A DNA stretch of 64,000 bases from Eledone cirrhosa (GCA_964016885.1 OZ024742.1:207638001-207702000), one strand, 5' to 3'. Shown: positions 38,987 through 53,544, counted from the stretch's first letter. Numbers and translations: made by a program. The notes: generated by a model from the letters alone, not told the origin.

Positions 38987-39822
38987 TCTGTATATATATA
39001 TAAAATTAAGTATGTGTGTGTGTCTGTCTGTCTGTCTGTGTATTACCTATAGGGGCCTACATCTTACAACCGATTTTCATGAAATTTACAGACTCATAGA
39101 GGAGTGTTTTCTATATATCAGCGTATCGTTTTTTTGTATTCCAGGGTCATTCTGCAAATAATAATCGATAGGGGAGTCACCTTTTTTTAGGTATCGAAAA
39201 ATGAGATTTTTGGCTCTAGCTCCCACATTTTGCCACCGATTTCGTTCAAGTTTTAAAGCAATATAGAATTTATCCTTGCACATCCTATAATGGCTTTATG
39301 TTTTGCAATTGTTGTTCAGGAACGGCGTGGCAGCCGCTTAAATATTAAAAAATACCACATTTTCGCTCAAATTTCCGCCTTTTCGTCTCTAGCTCCCACA
39401 TTTTTCAACCGATTTCTTTCAAATACGAAACTTCGGGTCCACCTCACACAGAAATCAATTTACTTGGTTCAACTTTTATACTACGATAGAATCTATCATT
39501 GCACATCTTATAGATGGTCAAACGCAAAACGATGGTCACTGACGTCGTCTGAGCTTTTAGTTGTGTATTTCAGAATTTATCGATTTCCAATCAAGTAGCG
39601 TGAGGAAATTTGGCTTAGTGTTAGAGGTCATTACCTCCCTCCCGAGCATGCCCCTTCGTCAGTCACCCGCGTTTCTCAGGGATAGAGGTCATCACCACCC
39701 TCCCCAGCATGGTCTGTGTGTGACCATAGATGAGTCATCGAGAAGCAGTCGCTAAGATCAACACCTTTTCATCAAAGCAGATATTATTTTACCTACCCAG
39801 GCAACACCGGGTACTGCTGCTA

Positions 39823-39823
<1 letters not shown>
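38987..39823 (+). mobile_element. Non-autonomous Helitron (group B)
   Basis: A|TC start, CCCAGGCAACACCGGG hairpin, CTAG|T end. Confidence 0.8.
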
Positions 39824-39858
<35 letters not shown>

Positions 39859-40161
39859 CATACTCTCAGCTATTCAAAATCTGAAGAATCGGTTTCGTAC
39901 ATTATATATATATATATATATAATATATTTAGAAACACACAGATACATGCGGACACACACATATATACATGAATGCATCCGCACCCAACTGTGAGTTAAG
40001 GGTGCCAACTTCACCGATGTTGCTCAATGAATGACCGGGACAGACCAATTCAGTTGAACTAGACTGAACCAGTATCAGAGTTAAAAATACATTATGAAGA
40101 GAGAAGAAACATTTAGATATAATTAGTAATAAAATGTATCATACCTAAACTGCTCCTAAAT

Positions 40162-40251
40162 TCCTCGACTACGTAGTTTCGTGGCATAAACAAAAACAAT
40201 ATATCATAAAGATATAGAGTCCCTGCGAGGTCTGCCGACTTATCAAGAGGA
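40162..40251 (-). ncRNA. Type I hammerhead ribozyme with U3-A8 compensated core
   Basis: UCCUC-UUGAUAA-GUCGGCA..UGCCAC-GAAA-CUACGUAG-UC-GAGGA. Confidence 0.72.
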
Positions 40252-40400
40252 TACCTCATTTTACTAGTCTCAAGAACGCGTCTACACGACGTGAGAAAGA
40301 ATCCCAAAAGGCGGAGGGGGAGATAGTCACGCGATATAACGGTCGAGAAACAGAGCTAAGCCTCTTATAACCACGAAGAAAATACCACGGAGGCGGAGGG

Positions 40401-40439
<39 letters not shown>

Positions 40440-40564
40440 CGATAGTCGATCGAGAAGATTCCAGACCTCATAACGAGTGGAGACGAGATTGTCAAATCGG
40501 ATCAATGTTTCCATTAGTCTCTCCAACTGCTAAAACTATCAGTCGGTCGCAACTTCAGGCAGGA

Positions 40565-40680
40565 GGAGCAGCGTGAAATAAAGTATCTTGCTCAAGGACG
40601 AGACACATTTCCCGGTCTGGGTATCGAAATCACAACTTCATGATTGCGAATCCAATCCTCTAACCAGCCACGCGCCTGCA
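40565..40680 (-). mobile_element. tRNA-headed SINE fragment (different family)
   Basis: AAGTATCTTGCTCAAGGAC...GGTATCGAAATCACAAC...CTCTAACC. A diverged + copy lies at about 31680-31735. Confidence 0.55.
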
Positions 40681-41202
<522 letters not shown>

Positions 41203-41246
41203 TTTAGGAATAACCAAAGAGTGCTTAGAAATAGATTGTTATATTT

Positions 41247-41291
41247 GCTAACAGTGTTTCATCCATAACTTATGGAAGGATTAATCAGAGC
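41247..41291 (-). ncRNA. Degenerate hammerhead (G8U)
   Basis: GCU-CUGAUUA-AUCC..GGAU-GAAA-CACUG-UU-AGC. Confidence 0.5.
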
Positions 41292-41595
41292 TTATAAACA
41301 AAAATATATCAAAGGTTTCAGGCTCCATAGAGCTCAGTCACCAGAACAAGGTTAAGCACAAGTAGGGGGTCCCAAGGCCAGCGCAATATAGAAAAACACA
41401 CAATACATGACGCATATAATGTCGTAAAAAATTACATCAAACGTTTACCACATAAATGGTACAATAGATCATAAGGAGTTTGATAGAGGATAGCACTAGT
41501 AGTATACTAGTTATCCTATATTGAGCTAAAACCACACTGTCATACCAAGGGCAATATATCTGCGTGTCTGTGCATATTAATATACTTGTCAACGA

Positions 41596-41658
<63 letters not shown>

Positions 41659-41895
41659 TATATATTAGAAAGTGAGTTTTTTTTTACAAAATGAAAAATA
41701 ACCGAGGTGTCCTACACGAGTGAAAGTATAAAGAAAAAAAGATGAAATCGAAAATGCAACTGGAGTCTTATTTTTTTTAAAAATATATATATTTATTTGG
41801 TTCCTTTACCGATTTCGCAGTTCTTCTGCTTTTCAAAAGTAGAGTTGAGATGGAGGGTCTGTGGTTTTTCTCACATCTGGGTCTGTGGTTTTTCT

Positions 41896-41934
<39 letters not shown>

Positions 41935-42804
41935 ACCTTCCAATTTCATTTTATAATATATACATATCTGGTGGTCTAATATATATATATATATATAATT
42001 TTAATACAATAACAAAGATAGTTTAAAGCTAATCTCTGACTGGTAACCATCTCACTCAACAAACATTAATATAAACCCAATTTAAGTGTTTGGGGTGCTA
42101 ACAATATGTATTATGTGGAAAAGACAGTTGTATTATTTTACGAGATATAATTAAAGTTAAAATATATCTCTCTTTCCAAACAATTGTTTCATTATAAGTT
42201 TTCTACAAATTCGGAGAATATTTCCAGTTTGTGTAGAAGCCTAATATACATTCATGTAAGAATATATTTAGGTGGGCGTTTATAAATCATCAGTGGAAGC
42301 CCATTAAACTTTGATATAAGAAAACCATTTCTTACCAGAGTTAAAAATCGTGTCTGTTAAGTTGCTCCTTCCCGCATCGAATGACCGGCAAATTTGAAAT
42401 TCCAGCAGTTTTTGACTGAGGAAGTATCATAGCGTCACTAAGCGGGAAGGGGAGACAACTACGATCCACGAAAGGAGGAAAAAAAATAATAATATACACG
42501 CGGGTTAATCAGTTTTTTCGAAAACATTATCAATGCAACGTGTTAAGAACTCAATTGAAATTAAAAAAATAAATATATGCGTGTATAAATTACACACGCA
42601 TATAGATATTTTCTTAGGCTAAAATCAGAGGTTGTACCTGAATAAGAAACCGTATCTCGTAACCTTAGTAAATACTAGACCACCCGTGACCCGTTGGGTC
42701 TGGCTCTTTTAAAAGTAATATTTAAATAATTAAAATATACACAGATATGTATATAATATAAAATGAAATTTGAAGGTCCATATATATATATATATATATA
42801 TACA

Positions 42805-43677
42805 AGTGGAAGCTTAGTAAAATCGAAGCTTTGACTGTGGCCAAGCAAAGTCGACCTACAATAAGGAATGAGTTAACAAAGCACTCAATATGGGTAGGTC
42901 CTTAGAGTAATAACATACGTTTAAATAGCTTGACAAATTGAACATTGCGGTGGGCAAAACCCAACCACACAATATCAATGTAACGAAAGAACTAACAGGT
43001 TAAAAAGATACACCTTGACAAATCAAAAGATATACGTCTAAAGTGTTTCTATGAATCCGAAATCAGTTATCCAATCTACGTAACGGGCACGCTCGTGGTA
43101 TTTCATGATCGAACAGAAGATTCATTTCATCAACAGGGATTCCGTTCTGCTATAAATCGGAGTGGGCAAGCTAAATGCGGCAGCTAAGAAGGCAGCCAGT
43201 GAACACTTAGTTGTCACGTGTTTTTTCCAAGGGAAGCAACACCCGGTTTTTGGTGGGTAGATTCAAAGTGTTAACAAAGGAAATATTATAATTTCCGCTA
43301 ACATTCCGAATAAAAGCACTCAACCAGATGTTATTAAACAAACACAAATAATTAACCAATCAACAGAATTGTCTAATTAAATTAGTTAGTTAATTATTAA
43401 ATCTAGGAGAAAATAATAGAAGTAGAAGCTTAGTTAAATCGAAGCATTGGCTGTGGCCAAGAAAAGTCGACCTACAATAGGAATGAGTTAGCAAAGCATT
43501 CAATAAGGGTAGGTCCTTAGAGTAATAACATTCGTTTAAATAGCTTGACAAATTGAACATTGCGGTAGGCAAAACCCAACCACGCAATGCCAAAGTAACG
43601 AAAGAACTAACAGGTTAAAAAGACACGCCTGGACAAATCAAACGATATACGTTTAAATTGTTTCTATGAATCCGAAA

Positions 43678-43683
<6 letters not shown>
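42805..43683. repeat. 1.4-unit tandem element (period about 616 bp) inserted in (TA)n
   Basis: 42805-43068 is repeated at 43421-43683. Confidence 0.85.
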
Positions 43684-43730
<47 letters not shown>

Positions 43731-43734
<4 letters not shown>

Positions 43735-45067
43735 TCAGCGAGAATCGCATTTCAGTGGGAAGAAAAAGCGAAACGAACCGCAAAATCAGAGTTATGCTGG
43801 CAAGCGCCCCATAGTTAAAATAACCAGAGCTAAACAATATGTTAAAACGCCATACAAACCGAAAAAGTGGTCAAGAAGGCATCAACCACCTAAGCCAAAA
43901 AACAAATCAAGCTAAACAGGTCAAACAAAATCTATATATATAAAACTGTGGTTGTCTGTCTGTCTATCGATTTTTGGCACACATCTCCTCTTAGAATCTC
44001 TCACGGAATTGCACCGAAATTGCTATACTTGTACATTGAGCCCTAGCGAAGACATCGGCAAAAAAAAATTTCAAATTGACCCAACCTATGTGACGAAATC
44101 GAATATAATGTATCGATTTTTGAGCGTAAGTTATCAGTTATTTCCCTTTGTTCTGTTTACATTGAGCGTCTTACGTAAAAAATTACGCTGGCTTTCTCAG
44201 TCTTTGTTAATAAATAACCAGTGCAGTTTTTATCCCCAGCATCCTCTTTTGTTATAACATTCGGGTTATCGTTATGTTTTCTTAACTTCATAAGGCATAT
44301 TGTTGGTTGAGGGAATATTAATCAAAAACACCACATGCAAGTCTGCACAGTAGTAGACACTACAGTTTTTAAGCCAAAAAAGAAACTTAACATTGTAACT
44401 TTAACACAGCTACTGAGCGACCCCGTTTTGCTTCATTTCCATTTAAAAGCATTTTAAAACAATATTTTTACTTGAAAACAAATCTATTTAAAGACTACGT
44501 AAAACAAGCAAATATTTCGTCGTTAGGCGTGCAGACAGACAGTCGTGCAGACAGACAGTCGTGCAGAGGGGTGATATACGCGTGCAGACAGATAGTCGTG
44601 CAGAGAGGTGATATAGGCGTGCAGACAGACAGTCGTGCAGAGAGGTGATATAGGCGTGCAGACAGACATAACTGATAATTTGGTTACGCTAATGTTTTTC
44701 TCTGCGTTGCAGTGTTTACATTTTCGATCTTTGTTAATAAATAACCAGTGCAGTTTCTATCCCCAGCATCCTCTTTTGTTATAACATTCGGGTTATCGTT
44801 ATGTTTTCTTAACTTCATAAGGCATATTGTTGGTTGAGGGAATATTAATCAAAAACACCACATGCAAGTCTGCACAGTAGACACTACAGTTTTTAAGCCA
44901 AGAAAGAAACTTAACATTGTAACTTTAACACAGCTACTGAGCGACCCCGAGCAACGCCGGGCTTTACTGCTAGTAAATGATAAAAACAGACCTGGACCCA
45001 TTGGAAGTGATGGTAAAATCCACATGCAGGGTTTCTATGACACCTAAATCAATATATATATATATAC

Positions 45068-45141
<74 letters not shown>

Positions 45142-45360
45142 GTATATATATATACGTATATATATATGTATATATATATTTGTATAGCCTTTGTAAACTA
45201 TGGTATCACCGAAATCAATATATATATATATATTTGTATGGCCTTTATAACCTATGTTTTTTGCTCTGGTCTTTTTAGCCCATGGAGCGCTTGCCAGCAT
45301 GACTCGGGATTTGCGTTAGGTTTCGTTCTTTTCTACCCGCTGAAATGCGATTCTCGCTGA

Positions 45361-45364
<4 letters not shown>
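43731..45364. repeat. Inverted pair of about 130-bp AAATTCAGCGAGA... termini abutting (TA)n
   Basis: 43731-43858 is the diverged inverse of 45233-45364. The same terminus appears twice around the TA tract at 1-100. Confidence 0.75.
43931..44973 (+). mobile_element. Non-autonomous Helitron (group B) with internal duplication and 37-bp minisatellite
   Basis: A|TCTATATATATAAAACTG start, CCCGAGCAACGCCGGG hairpin, CTAG|T end. About 44200-44425 is duplicated at 44728-44949. GCGTGCAGACAGACAGTCGTGCAGAGAGGTGATATAG repeats at 44526-44667. Confidence 0.85.
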
Positions 45365-45409
<45 letters not shown>

Positions 45410-45998
45410 CAGTAATTTGTTTGAAGTCACCGGTAATAATTTCATTCAACAACACCATCATCTCTCTCTCTCTTCCATTTTCCTTCTCTCTCTCCCTCTC
45501 TCTCTATGTCTCTCTTTCAATCTACTCTCTGACAACCACTGTTTCTTTCTCTGTATCTTTCTCTCTCTCTATTTATGAAGGTACACGGAAGAAACCCGTA
45601 TCTCAGGAACCCGTGCTCCGATTTACGCGAAATTTGTTTTATCCCATTTGTATTTCCGTTTCAGGGTCAACTTCCTTTCAAAGTATTTTCCTATTATGCA
45701 TCCTTTTCGCTGTATTACATTACGCACAATGAATCAAGCAAGCAATCACAGAGTTTTATGAGTATACTAGACCACCCGTGACCCGTTGGGTCATGTTCAT
45801 TTGAAAATATTTTTTAAAAAATGATGTTCACTTAGAAAATATACACAGACATGTATATAATGTGAAATGAAACTGGAAGGCCCATATATATATATACGTG
45901 TGAGTATGTATATATAAATGTATGTGTGTATACATATGTATACATATGCACTTTCCTGTAAACAAGTGGTATTATGCCTCATATCATGTTACCTTATT

Positions 45999-46057
45999 TT
46001 ATCTGATGAGAACACAATTTTTATCCCAGGATGATTTTGTATTCGAAATGCTCATAA
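45999..46057 (+). ncRNA. Minimal type I hammerhead ribozyme, canonical core
   Basis: UUAU-CUGAUGA-GAACACAA..UUGUAUUC-GAAA-UGC-UC-AUAA. Confidence 0.72.
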
Positions 46058-46097
46058 TATAATATATGGAACTCTTTGAACCATCATTTAATTTCTT

Positions 46098-46205
<108 letters not shown>

Positions 46206-46216
46206 ACAACACTACT

Positions 46217-46275
<59 letters not shown>

Positions 46276-47738
46276 TCTATCCCTCCCATTCTCCTTCTCT
46301 GTCTCCTCCACCTTTCTCTATGTCCCTCTTTCAGGGTCAACTTCCTTTGAAAGTACTTCCCATTAAGCGCCGATTTGGCTGTATTACATTACAGGCAAGC
46401 AAGTATGCAAGCAAGGAAGCAATCAAAGAATTTTCGTAACATAGATATATATGGTGGAATTCATTTTATATCAGGTTCAGAAATTGTATTTATATATATA
46501 TTTAATTTCTGAACATGATTATAAAATGTATTAAATCACTTTCGTTATACTAATGGCACTTATACTAGTTATATGGATGCACGTATATATGGATGTATAC
46601 ATGATTGTACGTACGTGCGAACGAATGCGTGTATATACGTACGTATGTCTGAGAGTGTGTTTAAAAGTAGAAATATTCTTATGATTTCTATTGAATGATT
46701 AGTCCAGACTTGACTGTTTCCATGTTTGCATTGATTGTCAGATTTCAGTTTATTCATCTTGATTACAGCTGCTACTGAACAAATGTGTTTTTTGTTCAGT
46801 TAGATATCACAAGCATAAATCTTCTTTGTCATTAAATATTCCAGTAGATTGTAAACATGTCACTAGTCTCAACACAGACAGACAAACATCGCTCTTCATT
46901 TATTAGCTCTTTCATTGTATACATTTCGACTCAGTCGGAATTCTCTATAAATTGTTTTCCAAAAGTTTAGTACTAATGACTACCTCGTAGTTGAAATATT
47001 CTATTCATTCTAAAAGTGGTGGAAGAGGTTTTTCTTTTATCTTCTGTATCTCTTTACAGATATGAGGACAGAGATCTACATTTAAATGTTTTTGTCAGAG
47101 GTCCAGTATGTACCAGATATCATACGAGGAAGAATGAACACTGATTGCTTCAAGGAGATTCTATGTTGCTACAAAGCTAATACTACTTTTGTTTGCTTGC
47201 GACGGGTATATTTGAGTGAATTCACGTCAATATGCAAGTCATAATTATTGCATTAAACCTCACTCTTCGGACGACATAGATGACACAATCTATACCACAA
47301 GAATTTGATATTTGAACTGGGTAGGAGACATATTGTAAAGTATTTTGTCCTGTCAAGCCTTAACCTTATTTTCTACTAACTGACCGAGTTGTTGCTTTTA
47401 TGTAACCCGGGAAGGAATATGTAGGGCATACATCTAGCTGTTGTAGTTGCAGGTCAGTGTTGATTTAGCAGACCTTTGTTATACAGGCAGATAATGTTCT
47501 AAAATCCCATGTCAGCACCGACTGATCACATCTATGCGTAGTATCAGTCTTGTCTTTCTATAGCCGGCCCCACTCACTACCTGTCAAAAACAGCGAATCC
47601 CAAGTATGACTCATAGACTAGCGAACGCTTCAAGCAGGTGTGACAGTGGAGGGCAGGGAGACAGTCTTCCATCCATAAATCCACGCGGCAACCTGACCGG
47701 ATGAGAGATAGACGTTATTTTGGGGATAGGCTGATGAA

Positions 47739-47850
47739 ATAATTGTTTCTACTTTTGGCAAAGTTAACCTCTGCGGGATTTGAACGCAATCCGTAAAGGG
47801 ACGTAACTATGCTACAAAGCATGTCCGACCCTCTACCGATACTGCCAATT
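47739..47850 (-). mobile_element. Internally deleted Nin-domain SINE
   Basis: Head joined directly to the tail at a GGCA microhomology; the core domain is missing. Confidence 0.8.
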
Positions 47851-48116
47851 CACTGAACCAACGAGCGGACGAAAATACCACATTGTTAGACTGGGCTGAA
47901 TATAAAAAGCGACTGCAGAACTTGGCACACAGAATCGGAGACGAGATTAGATACCGAGGCATATCTGAGGATCTTTCGATTCCAGAATCAGATTCGATCA
48001 ATAATAGATCGTTCCTCGAGCTGATAGACAGTGAAATATATGTAATATGTTATTAAATATGTTATGATGCAACACTGACTCTTTGTACCTTTATTATTAT
48101 AGTATATTATATATAT

Positions 48117-49272
48117 AAACACCCGCATTCAACCCTTTCCCCACAACCAGTAATATTCATCCAAACACACCAGTACACTACACTCCCTCCTCTGTCCCCA
48201 ACACCTTTTCTCTCCCTCTCCCTCTCGCCGCTCCACCTACACTCGTTCCCACACACATCCCACTAACACCTCTACTAATACACAACCCTTCCCTCCACGT
48301 CACCACCTTCCCCCTCCACCTTTCACACTTACCCATCCTCTCTCCTGTCCACCGCACCTTCGCAAACACAAACACACAGTCCACACCACACACTGACTAT
48401 CCAGCTGTCATCCTCATCTACTGCTATCACTTCACCCTGCCTTGACCCTCTGACCAGTTCCTGTTGCGCGCGCACCATACATCTCTCCATTTCCGACCAC
48501 CACAACCAATGGATTCCAAGCCACCGGTCATCGTTCCAGGTATCCACTCCATAACATGAAACATATCCAGTGTCTCATTGCACACTCCACGGAACGACCT
48601 TAGGAACTTACCCACGAACATGCACTCAGATTTTTTTTCGAACCGCGCCACCTACATCCATACCACGTATAAGCACAAACACACACATGCGTACCCCCAC
48701 ATATACACACTCAGCCTCCGGAATCCACACGCCCCCCATCCCCACACCACTGACCCCTCTCCATCCAGACGCACGCACACACCGCCTTACACCCCTCCCC
48801 ACGCACACGCCTTTCCCTGAACATGGAACCTCGTTCTTCACCCAACTCTCACATTCACATACACACGCACACAACACACACACGTACACCTACACACATA
48901 CACAAACACCACCTTCATCCCTCCCCGCTCGGACCCCCTCCCCCGCCTCCCTCTCCCAACTGCACCCACCACCACCCCTACACGCCTCACACCCTTCCAC
49001 CACTTGTTTATTTTTATGTTTACTTTTATGTACATTTTTATTTTTATTTGTACTCCTTCCATCGTTTTACCTCCCTTTTCTACCCCCCGCTTTTTTTCTA
49101 AATGTCTTTCCACCAATCCCCCATACACCCTCGGAACTCTTTCCCTACCCACTTTTCTCCTGATGAAGGGCTTATGCCTGAAACGTCGTCCCCCCACCCC
49201 CTCTCTCAAAAGCGTTAACCTAATAAACTGTTATTCGTACTGCCTCTCTGTTTTTATTCCCTCCCAAGTTTT

Positions 49273-49277
<5 letters not shown>
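48117..49277 (+). mobile_element. C-rich PLE-like 3' region with terminal hammerhead
   Basis: CUGAUGA-AGGGC UUAU GCCU-GAAACGUC at 49160-49187, followed by the AGCGTTAACCTAATA motif shared with the 22281 PLE. Bounded by (TA)n. Confidence 0.6.
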
Positions 49278-49317
<40 letters not shown>

Positions 49318-50597
49318 GAATTTCCTTACCGGTTCCTCTACCAAGTTTTAGGATAGTGACCGTGTGAACATATATCTCTGTTTTGTTATATTCCTAAATA
49401 GTGTAGAGAGTAAAACTTCCCTAAAATATCTGAAAACTTAGTGTATATGTGAACTTCAGATAAAATAAAGTTTTACTGAGAAATCATAAATTGTAATATT
49501 ATTACTCTTACACCCACAGGCACACATACACACAGAGACATACGAATAAAAAAAGGACACTCATGCACATTTATATAAAAACTCATATACACAGCTATTA
49601 TTACTATTACACATATTTTAGTTCTCGAATTTTCGAAGAAATAGAATTAAAGTTATTTAAAATATAGCAATAAAATCTTCGACGTAGTTTTTCAAAATTG
49701 TGTCTATTTCAAAATTAAACACCACCTACAAATATTCATAAATCTACACACACACACACACACACGCACATATGCACACACATATACACAAACACTTATA
49801 CACACACCGATATATATATGAGTGTGTGTGTTACTACTTATATGTCAAATAGTTTGTAGTGGTGAAATTGTATTTAATTACAGTTAATTAAAGCTAATAT
49901 GAAGGAAACTGTATTTGGGGAATATTTGAACGCAACGAATGTAAGATTATATAGAAATATTGCAAAATAAGAAGCTTCCTATATGCTTGAAAATTAAGTA
50001 AACACAGATTATGAAGATTTTTACGTCAAAATATCTAAGTAAGTTGATAGTTTGAAATGAATAATTAGTAACTCTCACTAGCAATGTCAACTACATAATC
50101 CGGTTAAAAGCAAAAATGAATAGACGAATAAATAAAAAAATAGATTTCGCTGACTGACTTCAGTTAAAGAATATACGCAAGGGAATTAACTGACGTTATC
50201 ATCAGCTATATGACGCAACATATGCGAATCCAAAAACCGAATCTTCGGCGTTATGGTATCAATGATTAACATTAAATAGCTACACATCAATGCAAATAGC
50301 CATAAAAAAGTTGACTTTGAAATAAATTTATATTGGTCTAATCTTATATGTTAAAGCATTGAATGTTGTGCATAGCAATAAAATATGTCAGGCATGAGTT
50401 GTGCTGAAAAATTCAAATAACATCTATAGTGTTGTTGAATTTAGGCAAAAGAAAACTGCTTACATTCTGACTAAATCTTCAGCAATCGCTTGAATTAAAC
50501 ATACTGTAATGCTATCTAATCTAGTGCCATTAGAACATTTCTTAAAGGTGCCCTTTGCAGGCAGAACAAATAGTTACTTCCCTGGCAAGATACTAAA

Positions 50598-50779
50598 TAT
50601 AATTGTTTCTACTTTTGGCACAAGGCCAGCAATTATACCAGTGTATTACTGGTACTTTATTTTATCGACCCCGTAAGGATGAAAGGCAAAGTTAACCTCT
50701 GCGGGATTTGAACGCAATCCGTAAAGGGACGTAAGTATGCTACAAAGCATGGCGTCCGACCCTCTACCGATACTGCCAA
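50598..50779 (-). mobile_element. Nin-domain SINE
   Basis: Near-full copy, TSD ACTAAATATAAT. Confidence 0.9.
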
Positions 50780-52829
50780 ACTAAATATAATGAGCCCAAA
50801 ATACAGAATTATACTCCGAATTAGATGGAACGTCAATTATATTTCCAGTTAGAGGAAACGTCATTTGCATTAAGGGAAAGGGAGTCGGAGCTTGAACATT
50901 TAAATCGTCTGATAATTAAACAGATCTATGCAAGGATAAGTGCGATCAAATACAGACAGGTTGTATTGGGATTAGACTTGTTCAGTAAAGTATTGCCTAA
51001 TACATGATTACCATATCAAAGAATTACTTGAAAAGCATGTAGCTATCGTGTGTTTTACAACTAAGTTCAACGCAGTTGGAAAAGATACATTTATGATCCA
51101 TATGGAGCTTTTTAACTGACGTAGTTCTATGTGGCATTAAGAAAGTGAGGCATGAACTAATTTACAGAATAGTTTATCTCAGGTCAAGTCCCAGAAAATA
51201 AATCCAGTTCAGCTCACAGAACTTATCTGAGCAACGTAGCCGAAATTCAATTAAATTTAATCTATCATTATTAATAATAAACATTCGGTTGTAGAGATGT
51301 AGTTTTACTCGATTGAGCAACTATCCTGCATTTATTACGACTACGTTATCTAATGTGTTATGTTCTTAATTAATTTGTTAAGGTGTGGCTTTAGAGGAAA
51401 GTGACTGTTATTTCCAGCGTGTCAAACGATAACATAATGGCTGCTTCCTCCGTTCGTAGAATATTTGAAATAGATAAGGTTCATGTAAACTCATAAACTA
51501 ACTATCGAAAGCCCACATCAAAATGAAAAGGCCTTCTATTAAGTATATTAACAGCTAATTCAGTCTTTCAAAAACAGAAGAGTTCTCTATAAACAAGATT
51601 AGCGTGTTCCTTCAAAGTAAAACATTGGAGTAACATACTAAGCAGCGGCAATAATAATAAGCTTAAGCAATTACAAACAAATTTATCACAAGATTGATAT
51701 CTGGAATTTAAACCGATGCCCAATGTACATAGGAACATCGCGTTCCATGTTTCTTTTCATTAAGATTGTGAATAATTTAGGCCAAAATACTTAATTATTT
51801 AAGAAAACCTTTCTGAAAGACCGGTCATTTAGAATGAATTTATGTAAGAAGTGTTTTTAAAAACCCTACAATAGAGTTCCTAAAATACCCCAATAAAGGT
51901 ATAAAAGAAGCATATAAAAAAAAAGCCCATCCATAATTGCAACTGAGAGTACGAACTGAGTAAATGGTACGGAAGTAATTTGCAATAAAACATACAGTTC
52001 GAATATGAATCACTATCCCCTACAAAAAATGAGCCAGTGAATAAAATATCACAAATTCTCAAAATCACTTCATATACTGCAAGGAAATCGTATATAACAA
52101 AACATGAAATAAATAAAAAATGTAAAAGAAAAAATGACGAGAAAGCTATTTGGGCATTAGTTTGGGAACTCGAAACCTATAACTTTAAACTACATAAGAA
52201 AAACAAAACTTTCAATTATGACCAAAGAACTAAATTATAAAATGGCATAGATACAGAAGACTTTGAATAAGAAGTTCGTTAACGAACCTAAGTCTGACTA
52301 TTCTTGATTTATTATGAAAATCCCACATATAAGATAGACGATATTTAAATTTACCAGACAATTTATATGAGGCAATTAAGTAGTTGAACGGGAAAATACT
52401 TTGAATATAAAAACACAAACAAAATTCATATAACAACTTATAATGGATCTGTGAATTAACAGCGGCAACGTCTAGTTTCATATTTTTCTCTGACAGTAGC
52501 GTACAGAAATGTTTGAATTTTTCCGAAAGCATAAAATAACAAGTGGTAGAATTGTATTTTCACATACGTCAATAATTAACCTTTAATCAATTTAATGTCG
52601 TTTTTTTTTAAAATGACAAATGTCTTATCCTTGCTGCCGTGTCTATTGCAAAACAAGACATTTAAAATTTACACGTTGTGTGGTTTTCAATTTGAAATGA
52701 AATTGTTTGATGAAAAGAGTGCGATTTTGTTGTTTCGAATCTCAGAGATATATTCATTGCAGGTGTTAGAACATATCCTGCTAGTAGCCGTAAACCCAAG
52801 TGTGATTGTGAATATACATACATACATAC

Positions 52830-53200
52830 AATACGTTTTAGCCCTCCAAATGATTTAGATTCCTCTCTGCATATGTTGCATTGAAGGACAAACGAAATGG
52901 CCTTTGTCACACAAATTTTGTGAAAGTCATTTAGATCAAGTGATGTCACTGGTTAAAATATTTTTTAAAGTCAAGAAAGGCTTTGCACTGGACCAATCCC
53001 ACTCTCTCAACAACGGTGACAGTTATCCCCAAAATGGAACAGTTCAACTTTAGTGGCTGCCATCGAGTCGGAGATTTTACACAGGAGTTTTCCTTCTCCT
53101 CGTATGATGTCCTAACAAGAAACTTGGGATATATCACTCCCTGTGTGCTAACTGCGTACTCAATCACCAAACCGAGCATTTCCACATCCCCGCGCATTCA
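52830..53200 (-). mobile_element. Bipartite RTE-derived element, diverged copy
   Basis: GGAGAAGGAAAACTC and GAGAGTGGGATTGG motifs. Zinc-finger remnant QCNICREESKSFGGLKR. Confidence 0.55.
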
Positions 53201-53544
53201 AGAAACTAAGTCTCAAAAGATATCTGTTAATATAAATGTATAATTTATATATATATGCATGTATGCATGCAAATATTCATATATGCGTGTAATTATGTAT
53301 GTATATATGTTCTTCTGTTTTCATAATTTTATAAAATGTTACCCATAGGTAGAGTCGGTGTCTAACATAGACATAAGACTCATTGGAATTTAGACATCAA
53401 CTAGGTAAATATGTATGCAAGCCTGCATGCGTGCGTGTGTGCGTGCAGGTATGGATGTTATTATATGTGTGGAGCTTTATATTTTGAGTTGTATGTATGC
53501 ATTTGCATATGTTTTGTATCTGTACAAGTGTCTATGTAGTTATG

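Noticed and set aside
44526-44667. 37-bp repeats as a CRISPR-like array
   Set aside because: Contiguous tandem minisatellite with no unique spacers, in a eukaryotic context.
47850-48056. Short open frame (LDWAEYKKRL...) as a host exon
   Set aside because: No start or convincing splice signals, and it abuts a SINE; more likely decayed LINE sequence.
52946-53243. Overlapping 83/86-aa ORFs as a possible host exon or PHD finger
   Set aside because: The DNA is homologous to the bipartite RTE-derived repeat at 9582 and 57250.
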